The notes below the pieces were generated by a model. It was not told the origin of the DNA, ran no database searches, and saw only the letters and a list, made by a program, of their open reading frames with translations. This document shows positions 57,216-64,000 of a stretch of DNA of 64,000 bases, in pieces (the stretch's first letter is position 1; each line of letters begins with the position of its first letter). A program made the position numbers and the translations under genes. The stretch comes from Nitrospirota bacterium (GTDB lineage Bacteria > Nitrospirota > UBA9217), in contig CAVUHW010000010.1 in the NCBI GenBank assembly GCA_963741205.1, forward strand, positions 1 through 64,000. Direction: 5' to 3'.

Positions 57216-59601
57216 ATGAATGAACATACCCTCCGGGTCCTGGAGTTTGACAAGCTCATCACCATCGTCGCCGGATACGCCGCGTCGGAACCAGGCGGCG
57301 CGGCCGTCAAGAGGATGCTGCCCGCGCAGGAGCCGGAGGTAGTTGCGGCCCTTCTCGGGGAAACAAAAGAATTTACACGGATCCTCGAAAGCGGCGAGAC
57401 CCCGCCGCTTGACGGCATCCGCGATGTCGGGTCAGGCGGTTGAAAAACTCGGTGTCGCCGGCTCCGTCCTGACGCCGGTCGAGCTGCTCAATATGGCCGC
57501 GACCCTCGCCGCAGGCAGGCGGGTCAAGAAGTTCTTTCAGCGGATAGAAGGCAAGGGCACGGTTTCCAGCCCTTTTGCCCCTCTCTTGTGCTCGCGTGCC
57601 GCTGTCATACGGCCGCTCAAGGAGATCGAGGACGCGGTATTCTGCCGCCATCGATGAACAGGCGGAGGTCAGGGACTCGGCCAGTCCGGACCTTCGGAGG
57701 ATCCGCAGACAGATCGTGCGGACGAGGGACGACATTCTCGGCCGCATGTCCGGCATGCTGCAGGATAATGATTTTCAAAAGGTCATCCAGGAGCCGGTCA
57801 TTACGATTCGCGACGACCGGTACGTGCTGCCGCTCAAACCCAACTTCAGGCAAAATCTGAAGGGTGTAGTGCACGGGCAGTCAGGTTCGCGTGCCACGCT
57901 CTTTGTGGAACCTCTCGAAGTGCTGGAGCAGAACAACAGGCTCGCCGAGCTGCGCATGGAAGAGCGCGAAGAAGTCGAGCGCATTCTGCGGGAACTGACG
58001 GCGCTCCTGGCGCGAGAGGTTGACGCGGTCAGTGCAACGACCCGGGCCCTTGCCGCAATCGACGCGGTCCATGCCCGTGCCCGCTTCGGCCTGGACCTCG
58101 GCGGGACGGTGCCGGTACTCTCTCCGGAAAAACGCGTACGGCTCCTGAAGGCGCGGCACCCACTGCTCGTCTGGAAACAGAAAATGACGGGCGGCAGGGA
58201 TGTGGCCCCGAATGATATCGAACTGGGCAAGGATGAGCGGGCGCTCGTCGTGAGCGGTCCGAACGCCGGCGGCAAGACCGTGATCCTGAAGACCGTCGGG
58301 CTTCTTTCGCTCATGGCGCAGGCCGGCCTGCCCGTGACTGCCGCGGAAGGAAGCGAGCTGCCCTGCTTCGGTTCGGTCTTTGCCGACATCGGCGACGAGC
58401 AGAGTATCGAGCAGGATCTCAGCACCTTCTCATCCCACGTGGGTCATATCGCCGAAATTCTCAGGCAGGCCGATCAGGGATTCACTCGTGCTCCTCGACG
58501 AGCTCGGGTCCGGCACCGACCCGGCAGAAGGCGCGGGACTCGGCGCGGCCGTACTTGAAAGTTTGATCGACCGGGGCTCGGTGACCCTCATCACGACGCA
58601 CCACAACTCGCTCAAGCTTTTCGGGGCCGAGGAGAGAGGCGCCGTGAACGCGGCCATGGAATTTGATCCTGTAACGCTCCTGCCCACATACCGGTTGATA
58701 CCGGGCAGGCCCGGCAGAAGTTACGGCCTGGACATGGCGCATCGGATCGGCGTGCCGGACGAAGTGATTCGAAAGGCCCGGGCCCGGATAAGCAACGACG
58801 ATACCAGGCTCGAAAACCTGCTGAAGCAGGTTGAGGCCGACACGCAGAGGCTTGCGGTGGAGCGCGCGGCCCTCGAAAGAGGAACTTGCCGCGGCGAGCA
58901 GGGAGAGGGCCGAGACAGAAGCGGCGCTTCGGGCGGCGAAGGATGAGGCCCGGGAAATAAAAGTCAAAGGCGAAAGCGGAAGCGAGAGAGACCGTGGCAT
59001 CGCTCCGGCAGAGGCTCCGCGAGCTTTCCCGGGCAGCCGTAACCGGGCAGGCGGAGCTCAGGAAGCAGGCCGCAGAGATCGAATCGCTCGCCGCGAAGCT
59101 CGATCCCGACGTATGAGCAGGAACAGGGCGCCGTGCCGGCCCCCGACCTTCATCCGGGCGACCGGGTGCGGATCCCGCGGTGGAACCGGTCGGCAACAGT
59201 GCTTGCTTCGGAGCGGGGCCTGCTCGAACTCGACGTGGACGGCAAGAAACTCAAACTGCCTCATCGGGAAGTCATGCCGATCGAGCCCCTTCGCGGGCAG
59301 GCAGAACACATACCACGGTCCGGGTTGGAGCGCCGATCTCTCCGAAGAGAGCGGCGCGTCCGACCGGCTGAACATCATCGGGCTCCGTGTGAATGAGGGC
59401 CTTGGCGAGGTCGAACGCTTCATTGACCACGCGGGGATTATCGGACTGTCGATCGTGACGATCATTCACGGTCTGGGCACGGGAGCGCTCAAATCGGCAG
59501 TCACGGATTACTTGAAGAACCACCCCCTGATCGCGTCAATCCGGCCCGGTGAACCGGCCGAGGGCGGGGCGGGCGTGACGGTGGCGGAGTTGAAGAAATA
59601 A
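57216..59601 (+). CDS. mutS2: Endonuclease MutS2 (frameshifted)
   Basis: LRVLEFDK, GPNAGGKT, DIGDEQSIEQDLSTFSSH, LLDELGSGTDP and Smr domain IIHGLGTGAL. Confidence 0.93.
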
Positions 59602-59602
59602 C

Positions 59603-61384
59603 GTGTTCTCCGATGACATTATAAACCGGGTGCGGGACAGCGTTGATATCGTCGATCTCGTCTCCGGATATGTTTCCCTGAGGAAAACGGGGAAGAACCA
59701 CGTCGGGCTCTGTCCCTTTCATGCCGAGAAAACGCCGTCGTTTTCCGTCAACCCGGACAAGCAGATCTTTCACTGCTTCGGGTGCGGCGTGGGCGGGGAC
59801 GTTTTCAAGTTTCTGGAGCTGCAGGAAGGCCTGAACTTTCCCGAGGCAATGAAGAGCCTGGCAGGCCAAAGCGGCGATCCCATTGCCCGCGGATACCAGG
59901 GCACGGCAGGACAAGAAAACAGAGGACGAGCGCGCGGCGCTCCTTGCGGTTCGTTGCCGATGCCGCCGACTATTTCCGGAAGGAACTCGAAGGGCCCGCC
60001 GGAAGCGCGGCGCGGGCGTACCTTGCGAAGCGCGGCGTCAGCGAACAGACGATCAAGGATTTTGCGCTCGGCTTTGCGAGGCCCGAGTGGGACGGCCTGC
60101 TCCGGCATCTCAGGCAGAAGGGCCATGCGCAGGGCCTCATGGAGAAGGCCGGGCTCGTCGTCAAACGGAGCGAGGGCGACGGCTGGTACGACCGTTTCCG
60201 GGGCAGGATCATCTTTCCGATCCGCGACATCTCCGGAAACGTGATCGCTTTCGGCGGCAGGGTGATGGACGATTCGCTGCCCAAGTACCTGAACTCGCCC
60301 GAGACGCCGCTCTACAGCAAGAGCAACGTCCTCTACTGCCTGGACAAGGCAAAGGACCCGGCCAGGAAGCAGGGATACTTCATCATCGTCGAGGGATACC
60401 TGGACGCGCTTGCCTGCCATCAGTTCGGAGCGAGGAACGCCGTGGCAACCTTGGGCACCGCCCTGACCGAGGGGCACCTGAGGCTCATGCGGCGGTTTCG
60501 CCCATAACCTGGTGCTAATCTTCGATCCCGATCCGGCGGGTGTGAAGGCGGCCCTTCGCGGCCTCGACCTGTTCGTCGCGAGCGGGATGAAGGTAAACGT
60601 CGTGTCCCTTCCCGACGGCGACGACCCTGATACGTTTTTGAACAAGAACGGCTACGAGGCCTTCGCTTCCTGTCTCAAGAAGTCGCGAGAAGTTCATGGA
60701 TTTTGTGCTGGGCCAGGTGGTGCAGGGCGGGCGCGCCGCCTCGATCGACGAGAAAGTGCATTGAAGCCGGCGAGATGCTCTCCATCATCGCCAAGCTCCC
60801 GAGCGGGATCGAACGCGATTATTATCTGAAAAAGACCGCGGAGGCGCTGGACCTCGATGAAGGCGTACTGCGGCGGGAAATGCCGCAGGACTTAAGACGC
60901 ACGACGCCGTCACAGCCAAGGGGGCAGGCTGCGGGATCAGTCGCGAAGCCATCGGCCCAAAGCCGAGGAGACCCTGATCCACCTCATGCTGAAGGACGAG
61001 GGGATCGCGAAGGGCCTGCTTGAGCAGATCCAGCCTGAGGATTTTACCGATCCTCTGTACCGGCGGGCGGTGGAACGGATTTTTGAGGTCCTGCGAACCA
61101 GGGGCACACTCGAGTCCCGGGCGCTTGTGCAGGAAGGGGACGAGGAACTCAATCGGCTGTTCTCGTACTATGCCGTGCTGGAAATGGTGGATGAGGATCC
61201 TGCGAGGTCCTGCCGGGATTGCGTGGAACTGATAAAGCAGCAGGACCCGGAGAAACAGATGAAACAGATCGTCAAGGCGCTCAAGGAAGCGGAGGAACAG
61301 GGCAATGCCGAGGAGTACAACCGGCTTCTTGAGATGCAGCAGCAGTTATGCAGAAGGCCGGGGAGGCGCATTCCCGGCATGTAG
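59603..61384 (+). CDS. dnaG: DNA primase (frameshifted)
   Basis: CPFHAEKTPSF...CFGCG, FGGR, KYLNSPET, VEGYLD and DPD. Confidence 0.95.
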
Positions 61385-61478
61385 GGCAACGTTCGACGCG
61401 CATTCCCTGAGTGCGGTCCCATTCATTATCGCGATGGCGGGTAGGATGAACGCTTATCGTAAAAAGGAGCACCAACGT

Positions 61479-63282
<1,804 letters not shown>

Positions 63283-63302
63283 GGAATGCCGGCGGCAAAG
63301 TC

Positions 63303-63331
63303 TTGACATTTTCCGGAGGTTGTGACATTAT
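63303..63331 (+). promoter_or_regulatory. Sigma70 promoter for the tRNA
   Basis: TTGACA-N17-CATTAT with an extended TG. Confidence 0.6.
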
Positions 63332-63345
63332 GATGCTCCCAGTTA

Positions 63346-63474
63346 AAATCTCAAATCGCAAGTATCAAATCAAAAATAAGCTTGAGGCGCCAAATACGAA
63401 GCTCCAGATGTTCCGCATCTTGGTGCCCTGCATTTTGGGGTTTATTGGGAATTTGGATTTTGAAATTTGAATTT
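63346..63474. repeat. AT-rich inverted heptamer-array element in the tRNA leader
   Basis: aaatctc-aaatcgc-aagtatc-aaat ... ggaattt-ggatttt-gaaattt-gaattt. Confidence 0.6.
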
Positions 63475-63484
63475 CCCCGCAGGG

Positions 63485-63560
63485 GGGCCCATAGCTCAGC
63501 TGGTAGAGCTACCGGCTCATAACCGGTTGGTCCCAGGTTCGAGTCCTGGTGGGCCCACCA
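63485..63560 (+). tRNA. tRNA with CAT anticodon, most likely tRNA-Ile2 (lysidine)
   Basis: Full cloverleaf: GGGCCCA/TGGGCCC acceptor stem, anticodon arm ACCGG-CTCATAA-CCGGT, TTCGAGT loop and CCA end. Lacks the initiator features. Confidence 0.93.
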
Positions 63561-63660
63561 CTCTCTGACGGAAGGGTGTTTTCCTGATGCAAGGGTTTTC
63601 AGCCACAATGAAATACAAAACTGGTTACTGCCGGCAGACAGCACGGCAGGTCTCAGTTTA

Positions 63661-63689
63661 AAAAAAATGCGCCGCAAGGCGCATTTTTT
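63661..63689 (+). terminator. Rho-independent terminator
   Basis: AAAAAATGCGCC-GCAA-GGCGCATTTTTT. Confidence 0.75.
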
Positions 63690-63703
63690 ATTTTGGAGGT
63701 GTG

Positions 63704-64000
63704 ATGGACGAACAGCTCGGCATGCTCATTCAGCTTCAGGAAATGGACGGGAAAATCCGCAGCCTCGCGGATCAGAAAAAGCGCCTGCCTGAGATTCTGG
63801 CGGGGCTCGAAAGCAGGCGCGCCGCGAACAAGGCGGAGCTTGAAACCGTGAAAGAGAACCTTCTTGCGGCGCAGAAGAGCAAGCGCGACCGCGACAGCGA
63901 CCTGGAGGCGGGCGCCCAGAAGGTCGAAAAACTGAAGGCCCGTACCTCGGAGATCAAGAACAACAAGGAGTACCAGGCGATGCTCAAGGAGATCGAGACG
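63704..64000 (+). CDS. DUF164-type coiled-coil / C4 zinc-ribbon protein (partial, runs off the window)
   Basis: GGAGG SD; MDEQLGMLIQLQEMD... coiled coil ...IKNNKEYQAMLKEIE. Confidence 0.85.
   Translation, partial: MDEQLGMLIQLQEMDGKIRSLADQKKRLPEILAGLESRRAANKAELETVKENLLAAQKSKRDRDSDLEAGAQKVEKLKARTSEIKNNKEYQAMLKEIET

Noticed and set aside
63485-63560. Initiator or elongator tRNA-Met
   Set aside because: No C1 mismatch or triple G-C anticodon pairs, so not an initiator; sequence and position after rpoD fit Ile2 better, though elongator Met is not strictly excluded.

Overview
A ~60% GC bacterial chromosomal window. Gene order and protein style suggest a diderm anaerobe such as a Nitrospirota or Desulfobacterota member; this is inference only. 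Single-base indels break many genes, including essential ones (rpsB, pyrH, dnaG, rpoD), so I treat most frameshifts as long-read assembly errors and call whole genes across them. The left edge holds a truncated IS4-family transposase and a tRNA 3'-end remnant. The first 22 kb carry glgP, hydrolases, a UGA-containing (probable selenocysteine) DsbA/FrnE oxidoreductase, rnj, a two-component system next to periplasmic msrAB, a peptidase/beta-propeller/Omp85 fusion, TerC, a YeiH-type exporter and a P-type ATPase. The 22.7-30 kb accessory block holds an ECF sigma / CBM48 anti-sigma / CBM48 lipoprotein cluster with secreted partners, and a CSLREA surface protein whose FN3 domain is split by a membrane hairpin. 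Metabolic genes follow (ADP-forming acetate-CoA ligase, AcsE-like, a second P-type ATPase, DUF2156-HDAC, rnhA, thiolase, HD-GYP). The right end has the core clusters rpsB-tsf-pyrH-frr, rplM-rpsI-argC-argJ and rpsU-yqeY-mutS2-dnaG-rpoD-tRNA(CAT). At least three families of small palindromic or periodic repeats are scattered through the window, some inside reading frames. The best candidates for undescribed biology are the CBM48-ECF envelope system and the split-FN3 internal-lipobox anchor.
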